NCBI GenBank assembly: GCA_000165425.1 | Contig: CT868068.1 | Coordinates: 62,001-126,000 of the forward strand | Length of the DNA stretch: 64,000 nt | Direction: 5' to 3' | Origin: Paramecium tetraurelia | Taxonomy: Eukaryota | Part shown: one piece after another, positions 24,740 through 38,304 of the stretch | Numbering within the stretch: the first letter of the stretch is position 1 | Layout of the letters: each line of letters starts with the position of its first letter | The notes under the pieces: generated by a model | The model's database searches: none | The model's input: the letters and a program-made list of their open reading frames with translations, nothing else | What the model was told of the DNA's origin: nothing | Position numbers and translations under genes: made by a program

Positions 24740-25915
24740 ATGTTTGAATAGGAGTATTATAAGAGAATTATTGACAGATAAACTACTCCCAATAGATGCA
24801 ATATAAACACCTCCAAACCTTGGTTTCCACAATTGAAACACAGATTGGCTCTAAAAGGTAATGTGAAATAGAAAATATAGATTACGATTACAAATTTTTT
24901 GTGCTGCCTCCAAATAAAATGGTGTCCCTATTAAAGAAATAGAAGATCATTGTACCATCGGATGAGTAGATTAGAGAATTCTTGAGAAATCACTCACTTA
25001 AACACATAGTACAGTATGATGCTGGAGACTTTAAGAATGTTGAGAAGATTTGTGCATCAAATAGTCCTTCTCCATTGATGGTAAATAAGAAGAATAGAAA
25101 ACTATTTATGTAACAAAATCCAAATACAAATTACAAATTGATTGAATCAAAATCGTAGACAACACAGAAGTAATTTGATAGACATTCCTCAGTGCAACAT
25201 AGTAGAATGAGAGAACTGAAATCATAGCAAAATAGAAATTAGACCAAATAGAGAAAACATGGAGATGGAAGTAAAAGGAGCAAAAAGGAAATTGAAGATT
25301 CATGAAATCTCTGGTAAGTCTACTCCATAGATAGATGCATCTAATTTAAAATTCTTCACATAAAGCAATAAGAAAAGGAATCGGAGAAGAATAGAACTAT
25401 TGAGTCGTTCTTTGAAGAAGATCAATCTTTTAGGATTGCCAATCCATTAGGTGATGTAGAAGCGTATATTTAGTAAAAAAGCCTTTTCATGTCAATTTTC
25501 AAAGGAATTTATATTTGCATCTAAATAAAATAGAGTTGAACAGATGTAGAGTTTTCTAATAACACATCCTTACTTGGTGTTTTAATATGATTATTATAAT
25601 ATGACTGCCCTTCATTGGGCATGCAAACTAGGATATTTAGATATGGTAAGGATGTTATTACATTACCATGCAGATTTTGATGCAATAGATTTGATGAACA
25701 GAACTCCTTTGAGTATAGCAATAGCAGAAAATCATTAAGAGATGGTTAAATTGTTGCTAACTCATGGTGCCTATCCTTGGAGTACCAATTTAACAGATTT
25801 GAATGGACCTTTGCAACTCAATGCAGAGATGAAGAAAATAGTTGGATAAGCAAGAAAAATATAACTCTTTACTAAATGGAGCAGACTTAAATAGCCTACT
25901 TTGTGTATTTATTGA
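24740..25915 (+). CDS. Ankyrin-repeat protein
   Basis: C-terminal TALHWACKLGYLDMVRMLL and RTPLSIAIAENHQEMVKLLLTHGA; short intron near 24858-24880. Confidence 0.85.
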
Positions 25916-25926
25916 TTGATAAGTAA

Positions 25927-27794
25927 TCATTTTTTGTAGTAATCGTCACATAATTTGTTAAAGTCAGTTAACCATTTCGTTAAGAATTTATCTCCATAAT
26001 CAAAGAACAGTTCCTCTCCAATGGATATATTTTTGGTGGTGAACCTACGAATAATTCTGGATATCTATACATAGCAATTCTCCATCTTCCCTCAGAGAAG
26101 AGAATCTAAGCCTAGCAATTAGCCAAATCTGATTTCTTCGTAGCATGATTGATATACCTCAGACAATTACTATAATAGGTTCCGTCTACTTACCACTTAT
26201 CATCTACTTCGAATAAGTAATGGTTATTGGTAATCCAATCACATTCTAAGATATAATCATACAATTACATTCAATAGCCATACTCTCATCATCTAACAAA
26301 ATATAATTGCCAGTGTATTCACCAACGAAATCACATACCTTGAAATTTTGGGCTGCAAACAATCCCAATCCATTACAAATTAAAGATTTCCCTAAAACCA
26401 ATGATTTTCGAATCTACATCAATAGGTTCTTATTTGAACATGATTGACACTTGCATAATTAAGGATCACATTCATATCCACTGATGTAACAAGGACATGA
26501 GTGTTTCTGTTTCTTCTCATCATAACCACACACTCTACAATCACAAGATTTTGATTTCTATTGACATTGTCCTTTGCAACAACAATATTTGTGACATGTA
26601 ACACAAGTGCATGAATTTGATCCACATTCTCCTTCATGGAAACAGGGAATATATTGTTAGGCATAATTATTCAAATTCTACTTTTTGGATGCTTACTATT
26701 ATTTTCGTTTCCCATTTGTCATGTGTTTCTTACTCTAACTCTTTAAGGTTTTAATTAAATAATTGATCTATTAACAAGTAACTGGGTATATTCTATGAGT
26801 TAATACTCGTGCCATAAAACAACAATTACTAAATCCAAATTCCAACATTTATTCAATTGACTTCTATTAAAACTTTTTCATCTTAGTTTAATCGACACCA
26901 TATTTGCCACATTAAGTGATATCTCTGCATCTCTATTCCATCTCGGTTTTATTATTCAATTTGTATCTACCAAAGATTTCTCTCAATAACAAAGAATTAG
27001 GCTTGAATTCAGTCTCATAAAAATTATCATGATGAGTAGGATCATCCTTCTATTAATCTTAAGGTTCTTCTTCTGGTTCTTTCTCAATGTACAATCTCTG
27101 ATTTTTAGAACTAAATACATTTATATAAGTACTGATAGTGCAAACTACACAGATATAAATTACAAATCGGACAAAAGTACCGATTGAACCTTACAAATTG
27201 ATATTTCACATTAAAATTTACAAACTAATCATACTTTTTAGCTTGTTTAGCTAAATAATAGGATTAAACTTAATCTGCAGAACAGCCTATAGCTTAAGCT
27301 AATTGTTGCAATTGGAAAACAACCTATAAGGATGTAAACTTCTCTTTGAATTTCTCAAAAAAGAAGTCTATAAATAATTTGTGTTCCAGCCTCAAATAGT
27401 GTTTACTATCATCTATGCTCTTAGCCAGTCCCTATTCTAGATTTTACACATGTTCTTCAATATCCTCTGTTAATTTGGTCGGAATAGAAAGAGGGGCTTT
27501 ATTAAATACAACTAAAATTCTACTTAAGCGTTCCAAGAGTACAGGAGTCGGATGCTGCAATCTAATGTTGCCAGGCATACTTTTATAGTAATTCGTCCTG
27601 ATTGGTAGATTATCTCGATTTCTCTTCACCTTGATATCAATTTCATAGGCTTCAGTCCTTATTACATTCACTTTGATTTCTCTCTAGATTTGGCCCTCGT
27701 CTTAAAGTAATGTCGATTGGAGATGCTGAACATACCTTTTGTAGAGCGTGTACTCCTCTGAAATTTATTCTTTGGTCATTTAGGTGCTTTTCAT
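25927..27794 (-). CDS. EZL: Enhancer-of-zeste-like (Ezl family) histone lysine methyltransferase
   Basis: YFCPICNLYLCSLH, SANT2-like CFMARVL...TCQQI, a Cys-rich CXC ending ECDPQLCKC, and a SET domain with GLGLFA, GEYTG, RYINH and GEELFFDYG. Three short introns. Paralogue number not assignable. Confidence 0.9.
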
Positions 27795-27894
27795 TTTACT
27801 TCAAAAAAAATGAATAAATTATTCTCACTCAGATTTATGGTTGCAATTGTTATATAAATAAAAATGTAATTTTAGGAGATTTGAACTAATATTA

Positions 27895-29465
27895 TCAACT
27901 TTTTAAAAACTCTGAAAATTTATCAAATTACTTAAACATCTCATATTGTTCATCCTGTTCAAATAGTTATTATAAGGGTTTATAAAAGTCTTAAGGTTCC
28001 TTATTCAACCTTCTTAATCTGGTGTTTTAGGCTAATGTTTGCACACTAAAAGCATTGATCTATACTCATTATTAATGCATTACCTTCAGAACTTAATTGA
28101 TTAAAAATAGGTGATTTTTGCTATTGATTATTCTCCTACCATAAGATTCAATAAATAACTTCTGTCTTCTCAGTACCATATCATCGACCAAATTCACACA
28201 CTGTTCTTCATACCAGGACCATGCTTGTTCGTTTAACTAGGAAATATTCTCAACGGTTTTGAATAAGGGCAATTGATTTTTTAGCATATAGGGCAATTGA
28301 GCATTGGACAACCTTAAATCTGCGATTTATTAGTGAACATTCTGATCATCTTGATGAAATTACAACCAATTCAGTATGTTCCTCATATTACCTTTCATAA
28401 ATAAGGTAAGTATGAAAATATCTGAGTAATGGAAATTGATCTCTATTTCCTGAATCTTTAGAGTAGGTTTCTGAATTGCAAAGTTGACAAAAAATCCCCC
28501 TTGCTCTTTGATGTTTTCATAGATCACTTTCTTTTTTAACTCCACATTAATGAGGTTCAATTATCCTTTGTAAGTTTGTTCAATTAACAATATGATATAA
28601 ATGTATTTGACTATTTCATCATGAGAATATTGCACTAGTTCAAAGTTATCGAATAGTTCGTGATTCTACTAACAGTCTGCAATTATGAAGACTCGATACC
28701 TGTAATCCATATAAAGGGCACTCGCTGAATCTATAGCATTTTGGAATTGATGAATTTTGGAAGAGTCCCTCTGTGAACTATTATCTTCTTCTTGTTGCCA
28801 AATTCAGCATCTCCCTATTCTTAAGTAAATTTGATGTGCTGACTTGCAAACATCTCCTCGAATTCCCTCTTCTCTGTGTAATTGTAAGTCAAGAGAACAT
28901 CAATTTTGTATGCTCTCGCAATCGCCAAAATTGTACTCATCTTTCCACTCGCCCCATGGATATTTAACATCTGATAATTCCAATTTTAATTGTTCATTGA
29001 ATTCGACTACGAATACCATGACTCTGATTAATCTACTTAATCTTAGGCCAACATAGAAAAGGAATTCTTCAACCAATGTTTAAGAAATTACGTATTTTCT
29101 TGACTAATCAACTAAATTAGATATCAAATTACATCATCAATATGATCTGGAGTGTAAACATCACTCCAAATATCAGACATTTTTGTGATATTCAAATACA
29201 AAATTGAACTTAACATATTTCCAATCGAATCCAAATTTTGGATTTTTGATAACTACTGCATCAATTATCCAAAATTAAACTCCTTCATTATCTCATTTCG
29301 GTATTTTTATAACACCCTTCTTAATTGAAAACCTACTGATCCTATCAAAGGACACTTAATAAATTATTTTTGTTTTTCTTTTATCTCCTTCCTCTCCTTC
29401 TTATTTCCATTACTAAAGAAATTTTAGATGTTTTGATTGTTCTATACATTTCTCTTCGGCGGCAT
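27895..29465 (-). CDS. Hypothetical protein
   Basis: Starts MPPKRNVQ; coding-like frames with probable short introns; no family recognised. Confidence 0.6.
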
Positions 29466-30512
29466 TTCCTTAACTCAATTTTTCGCGCAAATATGAAATA
29501 TTTTAATTATCAATTAAAAAAAGATAATTATTTACAATATTTTATACTTGCTTCATACACAAACCCTCCGCATAACCTTCCCATTTATAAAGATCATCTA
29601 CATTTTATATAGAATTCATAATCTTAATTGGAAATCTTATCAAAAAAAATCTCATATTTGAACTCTATCCATAATTGTAATATCTATCATCTATTTAATT
29701 AATATGATGTGATACAGATATAAGAATCTTTCAAAGCCTTTGAGTTAAGTGTATATAACATTTCAGAATCAATATTTAAAAGAAATTACTCCAATTTTTA
29801 TGTGATCTGAAAATATTGTTCTGATATAGAAGTTATATGTAATATGACATTAAAATTGTATAGATATCATTCATTATATTAATCTACCAATATTTTTGTT
29901 AGTTGATTCGACTTTATATTATAATTTCAATCTTACTGAATTTTTGATTTAAATATAGAACTAATATTCATTAATACATCAGCTTCATTGAAACTAAACG
30001 TATACTAAAAACATGAAGAAGATAAATAAGAACATCCCTTTAGATTATATAAATAATCTCAATTATTTATAAAATACTTAAATATTGTGTAAATAAGTTT
30101 GGTGTATGCTCTTTTTCTTCAAAATTGTATCTTAACTTAAAATATCATCTTTTTATAAAAAGACCCCATAGAAATTCTTAAGATCTTAAATTATATAGTA
30201 CTCTGATGAGTGTATTAAGATATCATTTCATAATTAGATATTGAGAAAACGAAAGAATCTAAGCCGAATTGAAATTTTTGCCTTTTCTTAAAAACACGTA
30301 TATCACCACAGGTTTTGAAAGAACCCTATATTTAAATAGCTTAAATTCATGTGATAATATTAGATATATTAATTATAAAGAAGTAGATAAATGATATAAT
30401 TTTCTTATATATTTTATAGAGTACTTCTTGAAATATATATAGTTCTGTTTTGATTGTTGTTATTCTTCACATCAAAAAGGTTGTATATTTGTAATTCATT
30501 TTGTATTTATAA

Positions 30513-30839
30513 TCAAATTATTTTATCAAGTAAACTCATTCTTCTTCTAAACCTGCTGGGATTTTAATCTTTGGTTTCATCATATGAAGCAATTACAAGG
30601 ACTCCTTCTTTTTTTATAATGCAGCACCCTCCCTTTTGAGTAACTAAATGCCATGGTGCTTAATGGACAGTATAATAAACTTTTTCATCTATGATCAAGG
30701 GTTTAGATAGATCTCTGGATATGTTTTCTACTTATTCCTAAAGGTTCTATTATTGGAAAGTGGAGTCAATCTGTTCATTGAATTAAACCAAAACTTGATC
30801 AACAGCGTTGTCTTCTTTTAAGAAATTGATATAATCCAT
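30513..30839 (-). CDS. Divergent profilin-like protein (108 aa)
   Basis: Clean ORF. PLIIDEKVYYTV...QKGGCCIIKKEGVLVIASYDE matches the order of profilin beta-strands. Confidence 0.6.
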
Positions 30840-30891
30840 AAAATAATTTAAATTTAAGAATCGCAAAAATAAGTTAAATAATCATAATAGT

Positions 30892-31689
30892 TCAATTTAA
30901 GTTTCCTTCATCATTCAACCATTGATGCTACTTCACTTATTCTATAGTGAATCTAGATTTGTGATCAGGCTCTAACATATTTTGGATCAAATTTCTGAAG
31001 TGTTCATCTGATCTAATGATTTTTTTGTCAAAGTAATTCCAGAAGGCCTACCATTTTTTCTGTTCAATGGTTTACCAGAATTTGCACTCTGTTGATTTTG
31101 CAATGGTGAATGGAGGACAACCATAGCAAAGTGTGAAAATTAATACACCAAGTGCAAACACGTCAGATTTCTTCAGAAATTCTCCTATAATTAGTTTGTC
31201 TTCATAATGTAACTCAGGTGCCATGTAGGTGGAGGTTCCGCAATGTCTTGAATATTGCTTATTAGAGTCAACATAGACAGAGAGACCAAAGTCGATCAAT
31301 ATTACATTAGGTTCTTGGGTCATCATCACATTTTCCAATTTGATGTCTCTATGAACATAGTCAAGTTAGTGTAAGTATGATAATGCATTACTGAGTTATA
31401 ATAGAATTTATTTTATGGTGCTCTTTTAGAGAGTGCCACGTTTTGAGATTACTGAATAGAGGTCTTAATTCAAGAGTTCTGTGATAAACCATTTGTACTC
31501 ACCATCTGACTTCACAATTTTCTGAATGTTAGGATGAGTGATGGATTGTAGAATCTTGATCTCTTTCTCCCTTAGCTTTCTGGGGCATTCTGCCTTATAA
31601 ATTTTAATGGCACAGGTGTTCCCATCGTCAGTTAAACATTTATGAATGTGACCGAACAGCCCTTCTCCAATTTGATTTTGTATTTACAT
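30892..31689 (-). CDS. Minimal Ser/Thr protein kinase (265 aa)
   Basis: [31 protein letters not shown] and KSDVFALG; start and stop are in frame. Confidence 0.93.
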
Positions 31690-31762
31690 TAATAATTAAT
31701 AATTTATTTATATTCCTCAATAATCACTCTGAATATCTTATAGAATAGCACGGCATCTTATC

Positions 31763-32590
31763 TCATTTACTTTTTAATCTCACTCTAATATCTGTTTCAA
31801 ATTCTTGTTACCAATCCCCAATTAAAAATGGATGATGTAATACTTCCTCAATTGTGAATCTATTCTAAGGGTTGAACTCTAACATCCCCTACATTAGGGA
31901 ATAAAAGCTTTGGTCATATTTATTCCTTCTATCCATAATTTACCAATAAGTCTACCATTAGCCTGATTAAAGTAAATTCCAGTAAGGACATGATTTCACA
32001 TTCACTTTATATGGTGGATGTGCGAAAGCCAAAATGAAGATACATACTCCTAATGAAAACACATCTGTTTTGGCTAATTCCTTAGCATTTATAAGGCCAA
32101 TTTCTTTAATTTCAGGTGCTAAATACTCCAAAGTACCTTAACATTTTTAAACGAAATTAGTATCCATAATTTCTGCGAATCCAAAGTCACATAGTTTTAA
32201 ATTGAAGTCTTCGTCAATTAATATATTTTCCAACTTGATGTCTCTATGGGCGACACTGATAGAGTGTAAATATTAAACAACACTAGCAAGTTTCTAACTG
32301 AAATGCTTCATTGAGTTTAAGTTTAAAGGTTTTTAGTCCTTTGCAATAATGTCAAATAGATCCATATCATTTAAAAGCTCTGTTATTATAAATTTCTTTT
32401 CGACATTGCTGTCTATAATCTTAATAATATTGGGGTGATTCACTTATTTAAGTAAAGCAATCTCTTTATTAATCATCTTAAGTGAATAATTATTTTTGTA
32501 TATTTTAATGGCGTAATTTAGATTTTCTATCTCGGCAACATAAACTGTGCTAGTTGAGCCAGTTCCAATAATTTAGTTTGATATTTTCAT
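31763..32590 (-). CDS. Minimal Ser/Thr protein kinase (275 aa), tandem relative
   Basis: [33 protein letters not shown] and KTDVFSLG; start and stop are in frame. Confidence 0.93.
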
Positions 32591-33360
32591 TTTTTTTTAT
32601 TTTATAATTAATATTATTTAAAAACACTATTATCAAATTTAAACATCAATTCTTGTAACTTCCTTATTAAATGATAAACTGGATTTTATAATGTAATAAT
32701 CATCGTGTCAATTAAATTATATCATCAGAATAGTGTTTACTCTTGCTTTTACAATCCCTAAAAAATGTTTTTATATGCAAAAAATACTATCTAATAAGAT
32801 ATATGATATAGAATTGTTTTTATATTTATCAATTCTCATATTTCTATTATTCAATTGGTTTATTTTGATAGTTACAAATATTGTTTATATATTAATATTC
32901 ATTTGGAATTACTGTGTCTTTTCTTCATTAATTAATATATATTATATTTATAGAAAATAAGAAAATGAGTAAAGAAATTTAAGTTTCATATTCTCACTAG
33001 ATTCCAAGTTGGTATTCTAGTTCTAGTTGCACTGAATATTATTTAAAATATAAATCTATCACATCTTTAAATATTATTTTTTTAGCTTTATTCAATTTTG
33101 GCACGAATTCTGCCCTTTATATCCATTTATTAATATCTATTGCCAATTGCTTAATTATATATTCTTAGTGCAAAAAGTAAAACTTATACTAAATATTAAA
33201 AATATTGCACATATTATAGTCTTATAATTCATTTTAGAGATGGCCATAAAATTAAAATACATTAGAAAATCATATCAATTAAATAAGCTCATTTTATAAT
33301 TGGATATTTTTATAAAATAGTTCTTGTATTAATTATTAATTATAAGTTAAAGAAAAAGCC

Positions 33361-34125
33361 ATGAATATAGTAATACTTTGCAAATCAATTCTAGAAGTAA
33401 AGATTGTCGATCCAAACTAAAAGATATACGATTATATGTGCAAAATTTTTGAAAGGCCGAAAAACAACATCATAGTATAAATATCACCCACTGAAAAAAT
33501 TGATTAAGAGGAGTATTTTTCAAAGTTTATGAATGAAAATCTTGATAAAATAGCATTTTATGTTCTAGATTCGAATGGATGCTCTATATAGTATACTAAC
33601 CAGCCGTATAAGAAATAGACTAGCATTACATAATATGGGTACTGCAGTCAAGAAACTGATGAGATCTCATTGAGTAGAACTTTAACGAGAAACATATCAT
33701 CACAGAATTTTGATATTGGTACTGTCAAAGTTATTTAGACTAATGTGTGTACATTCTGTACGACTTAAATTGAAGAGGATGATATTCAAACATCCTGTTA
33801 GCATTTCTACCACGCTAAGTGCTTTAAGCTTATAATAGAGAACTAATTGTTGTAAAAATCACCAGTTCTAAATTGTATGTGTAAAATTCAACTGAATTTG
33901 AGTTCCCTATTTCGATTAGACGATAAGTATGAAGCTGATTCCTTCAAACATAGATTTATACTGAATTAGTTGTCTGCATTAGAGAAGAATATATAGAAGA
34001 AGTTTGGAAATGAATTTAGGAAATGCAAGAATGTTAAAAGCTGTAAATTTTTTTATTTGCATTTACCTTTCATCTAAGATTAACATGAGTATTGCCCAGA
34101 GTGCTTATGGCGTATAAATAAATGA
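33361..34125 (+). CDS. RING-finger protein with C-terminal IBR-like Cys cluster (254 aa)
   Basis: CTFC...SCQHFYHAKC...CMC followed by KCKNVKSC...YCPEC; in-frame ATG to TGA. Confidence 0.75.
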
Positions 34126-34228
34126 TAAATGATAAATGAATAATTAATGATATAAAAAATTTATTGATATTGTTTTTATCCTTTATATTTAAGGATTTGT
34201 AAAATGATAAATAATTAAATTTAAATTG

Positions 34229-34607
34229 ATGGGTGATTTTTAAGGTGAATATATTCAGTAGTTTCTTTGTAATATCAATTTAAGAAAAAAGGTAAGGATT
34301 AATACTTAACACTGTATTTAGATTAAAGAACTACTTAAAGAGAAAACAGAAATACTCCAAAAACTAGAGCAATTAGAAGTAGAAATATAACATAAATTAA
34401 TTAGAAAGAAGGAGAAAATTAGTCATTTGAAGAAAGGAAAAAAAGATTGAGAAGTCTGGCCAGTCAAATTGAACGTAATTTTTAATGCCCATTATCAAAA
34501 TGTGGTAAGAAATACGGGTAAAAATCAATGATATTATCATTAGAAGTGAAGGCTCATTAAACTAACATATAAAACTTAAGCATCCTGAATTAGTCAATAA
34601 AGCTTGA
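34229..34607 (+). CDS. Small coiled-coil protein with a single C2H2 zinc finger
   Basis: Spliced IERNFQCPLSKCGKKYGSEGSLNQHIKLKH; three short introns. Confidence 0.8.
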
Positions 34608-35455
34608 TATATATTTTATTGTTCTAAACTAATTGAATTTATTATTCTTTGTTATTTTAAAATTAGGCTGTGAATCTGATCCTCATTTAATCTTTTTGGA
34701 GATTGATATTAATTTTAATTTATTTTTAAGTATTTTAAATGTAAAAAGAAATTAGAACTGCTTTAATATCTAAAACACTATAAAAGAGATATAGTGAAAA
34801 GAATTCAATCTGGGCCTTAAATTAATTCTAAGTACTGATAACTTTTTAAGTGAGGATCTCTTGAAAATTTAATTCAGGCTTGATAGTATTATGTTTTATT
34901 TAAATAATCAATTAATCTGATTTTAAGAGTAAAATTAACTCATAGTTAATAAACCCCTGAAAGTACCGATAAAAAAGCATAAACTGATAGTTCTAAAGAT
35001 GATTATTTGAAATTTGATAAACGAAGTACATTATAAATGGAAAGTGAGATATCAATTAACCATTGAGTAATTAGAAAAATAATTATTCATTTAAAAAGAA
35101 AACTAAAAATAGCTTAAAATGTAAAAGGCAAACAATAAATACTTTACGCCCTAATTACTCAGATTGAGATTCAGCAGAAAATAGTCCAAGAAATCATGGT
35201 TCTTTGATAAATTCCTAATTGTTTTTATAAAGGATGAGTTTGAATAATGTTTTATAATTTATTTAATTGTAAATATAGGAATCTAGAAAGATAATTATAG
35301 ATAGTCTTATCATTTACAATCACCCTTATTGAATACTGATCATGATCCTTTGGCTAATTGGTGTAAACTTAATTATGTTTATTGCCTATTAAGTATTCTT
35401 CTTAGATAAATAGTAATATTTTATAATTTTTTTAAATAATATTGTTGCATTCTAA

Positions 35456-38205
35456 ATGAGTTTAAGTTAAGTAAGATTATCATATCTACTTGAAAGGCAG
35501 GGCGTTAGGCTATAAATCCAATTACAGGAGAATCTCGATTTTAACCTCAGGAATATCGTCGTTCTTAAGAAGTCAAGAATGAACCTACGAGGACAGCTGA
35601 ATCAAGGAGAAATTTTGTTAATACTTCAGTGCCTGTTGAAAATTAGGAACAAAGTCACTTTTAAATGGATAGGGTTGCTCAATTATAGGATTAAGTGTAA
35701 ATGCTGGAAAAGTAACTTACTTAGGAAGTCAAGCGAAATTCAAAAATGTTAGTTGAGTTGGAAAGAGAAGTAAGGACAAGAGGATAGATTGGGGATGTAT
35801 TGATTATATAATGATAATAGCCAAACCAAATGTTTGAGGACTTGTAGAATAAGATGTATTCACTGGAAACGAAGATTATAGCTTAGGATAGGCAAAAGAG
35901 TGAATTGGGTTCTAAAGTGGCTATATAGGAGCAGAATATAAAGGAGTTGTTGTACTTTTTGAAGAACACTTAGAATAAAGATACTAACGAAGTATTGCAG
36001 ATGAGAGGAATGTTGCAAGAAAAGATAACTGAAGAAAGTTCACATCTGTAGAAGGAGAGAGAGAAGACGAAAGCCTTATTTATGGAGATGGTTAGATTGG
36101 GAGAATTGTAGGAAAAATTGCAGGAATCACTTTCTACTTCTCATCAGCATTTTGAGTAGAGAATTAATGGGATGGAAAGCAAGATATATAATGGGGAAAA
36201 AGCCTTGATTCAAGTAGCATAGAGAGGAGATTCAGGAATGAATTTCATTAATGAGACTAACGAAAGAGTAAAGAAGAGAGTGATGGCATTGGAGGCCAAT
36301 TTATTAGCACTAGGGGTATGATTAAATTATTAATGGATTAGAAAGATTAATTAAAAGATCATGAACAGATCAATAGAGTTGATATGGCCAATTAGAGAAT
36401 ATAGGAAGGAGTTCAAGGGAATGTTGCAATTAATCTAATAGGATTATACTCAAAGATTAGATACTCGAGTAACTGAGGTTATCAATAGAATTGTTATGGA
36501 ACATGAGCAGAGAGTCAAAACTATGGAAGAAATGAAATAATCATGGAGTTTGAAGGATTAGATTAATATGGAGAGATTATAATATGAGAGGGAAGAGGTT
36601 GTTTAAAAATTAGGATCATTAGAGTAATTTCAACGAATTGATTCATAAAAGAAGGATGAAGCCATTCGTTCATTGTAGACTATTATTGAGACTTAAGTGA
36701 ATTAAATTCTAGTAAATATTTAAAATGAAGAAGCCCAAAGATATTCACATGAAGTTTAATTAAGAGGCGATTTATTAAAAATATAAGAGAATATCAAATC
36801 GGAGAATGAATTATTCAAAACACATTAAGCTAATATTACTGAGAAGATTACTGATATGATAAGAATTGAAGTGCAAACAAGATTGTCAACTGATACTGAA
36901 TTGAAGAACCTTACATCTGCAATTGCAACTGATATCGTTTCCGATTTGAATAGTTTAAAAGATTAGATAGAAATGGCTAATAGGGCATTGCAAACATAAG
37001 TTAAATAATTGGAGAAAGATTAAGCAGAAAAAGCAGAAAGACTATCGTTGTATATTGATGATGAAATAAATAAAGTAAAAAGTTAATTAATTATATTAAT
37101 AGGCAATTAAGACATCTGCTTAGAAGTATGAAAAAGTGAAGGTGATATTTTCCAAATTTGGGGAATCCTTTAAACAACATATAACAGCCTTTGAAGGGTT
37201 GAAATAGGATCTGAATTCTCGGTAGACCATCATTGAATAGAATATTGATATGATTAGATAGGACTTTTAGACTGTGATAGAGGATCAATAGTCACACTTG
37301 TTGGAACGAATATCAATTGAAAAAAATCAAATCTTAGAGGCTGTGAATGCTACTGTCTAATTTTTGGAAGATAAAGTCAATAAGTTAGATGAAGATTGCT
37401 CAAACAAATTCAGGATATTTAGAGAGGTTATTGAAGAAAATCAATAAGTGGTTGTTGAAAAAACTAAACTTATTCTTGAATAGAATGAGTCTTATTAATA
37501 GACTCAAATGAAAGGATTAAAGTTGATGGCTGAAAGCATTCAGGAGTTGAAGTAATTATATATTCCATCTTATTTAGATCATAATAGCAAATGATCAAGG
37601 AAGACCATCAGAATCAAATCAAGGAAGTCAATTAGGCTGTTGAAAATACTAGATAAGATGTTCAGCAAACTAATACTAATATCAAAGAGATGAATGAAAT
37701 TTAGATTTAACACAAAAGTATTTTGGATGAAAATCAAACTGATATTGAAATACTGAAGAAGGAGAATGAAACTATCATGATCAAATAACAAGATATCGAT
37801 AAGAATGTTGAGTTATTAAATGCAGAACAGAAGAAGATTCATAATAGTTTTTAGATAATCACTCAAAGTGTTGAATCAGTGAATGAGAAGACTTTAACCA
37901 TTGGGGAACGAGTGGATGCTCTCAATACTAATTTTCAACAGTTGTAAGAGGAACTTAGACAGATTGATTAAAAGAATTCGAAATTAGAAGGGGACTTGGA
38001 GGATTCAAATCTCAAAGTTAGCAATGAAATCAAGAGTATGGAGACTAGATTGGAGGATTCATAGAAGACGATTAGTGCGATTTAGGATGCTGCAAGACAA
38101 AATGACGATCTTGATAAAAAATAAAATCTAGAAATTGATGAATTATAGTCATCAGTCAAAAATCTACAAGATAGACTTAAGTAATTGGCTCAATTACCCG
38201 CTTGA
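35456..38205 (+). CDS. Long coiled-coil protein
   Basis: E/Q/K/L-rich heptad-like frame over ~2.7 kb with a few short introns; ends QLPA-TGA. Confidence 0.8.
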
Positions 38206-38304
38206 TAGTATTATTTAATTATATTTATATATATCATCTATAATGTTATGGGATTTCTTTGGTATAAGGAATTTTTAAATTAAAAATAAATCCTTATTTT
38301 TAAA

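Noticed and set aside
27190..27221. Candidate 32-nt GT-AG intron in the Ezl gene
   Set aside because: Reading through keeps the frame into YFCPIC, whereas splicing would break it.
25927..27794. Naming the gene specifically EZL1
   Set aside because: The paralogue cannot be determined without a database comparison.
27895..29465. FAN1-like nuclease
   Set aside because: Only a vague resemblance; no VRR-NUC or PD-(D/E)xK motif was seen.
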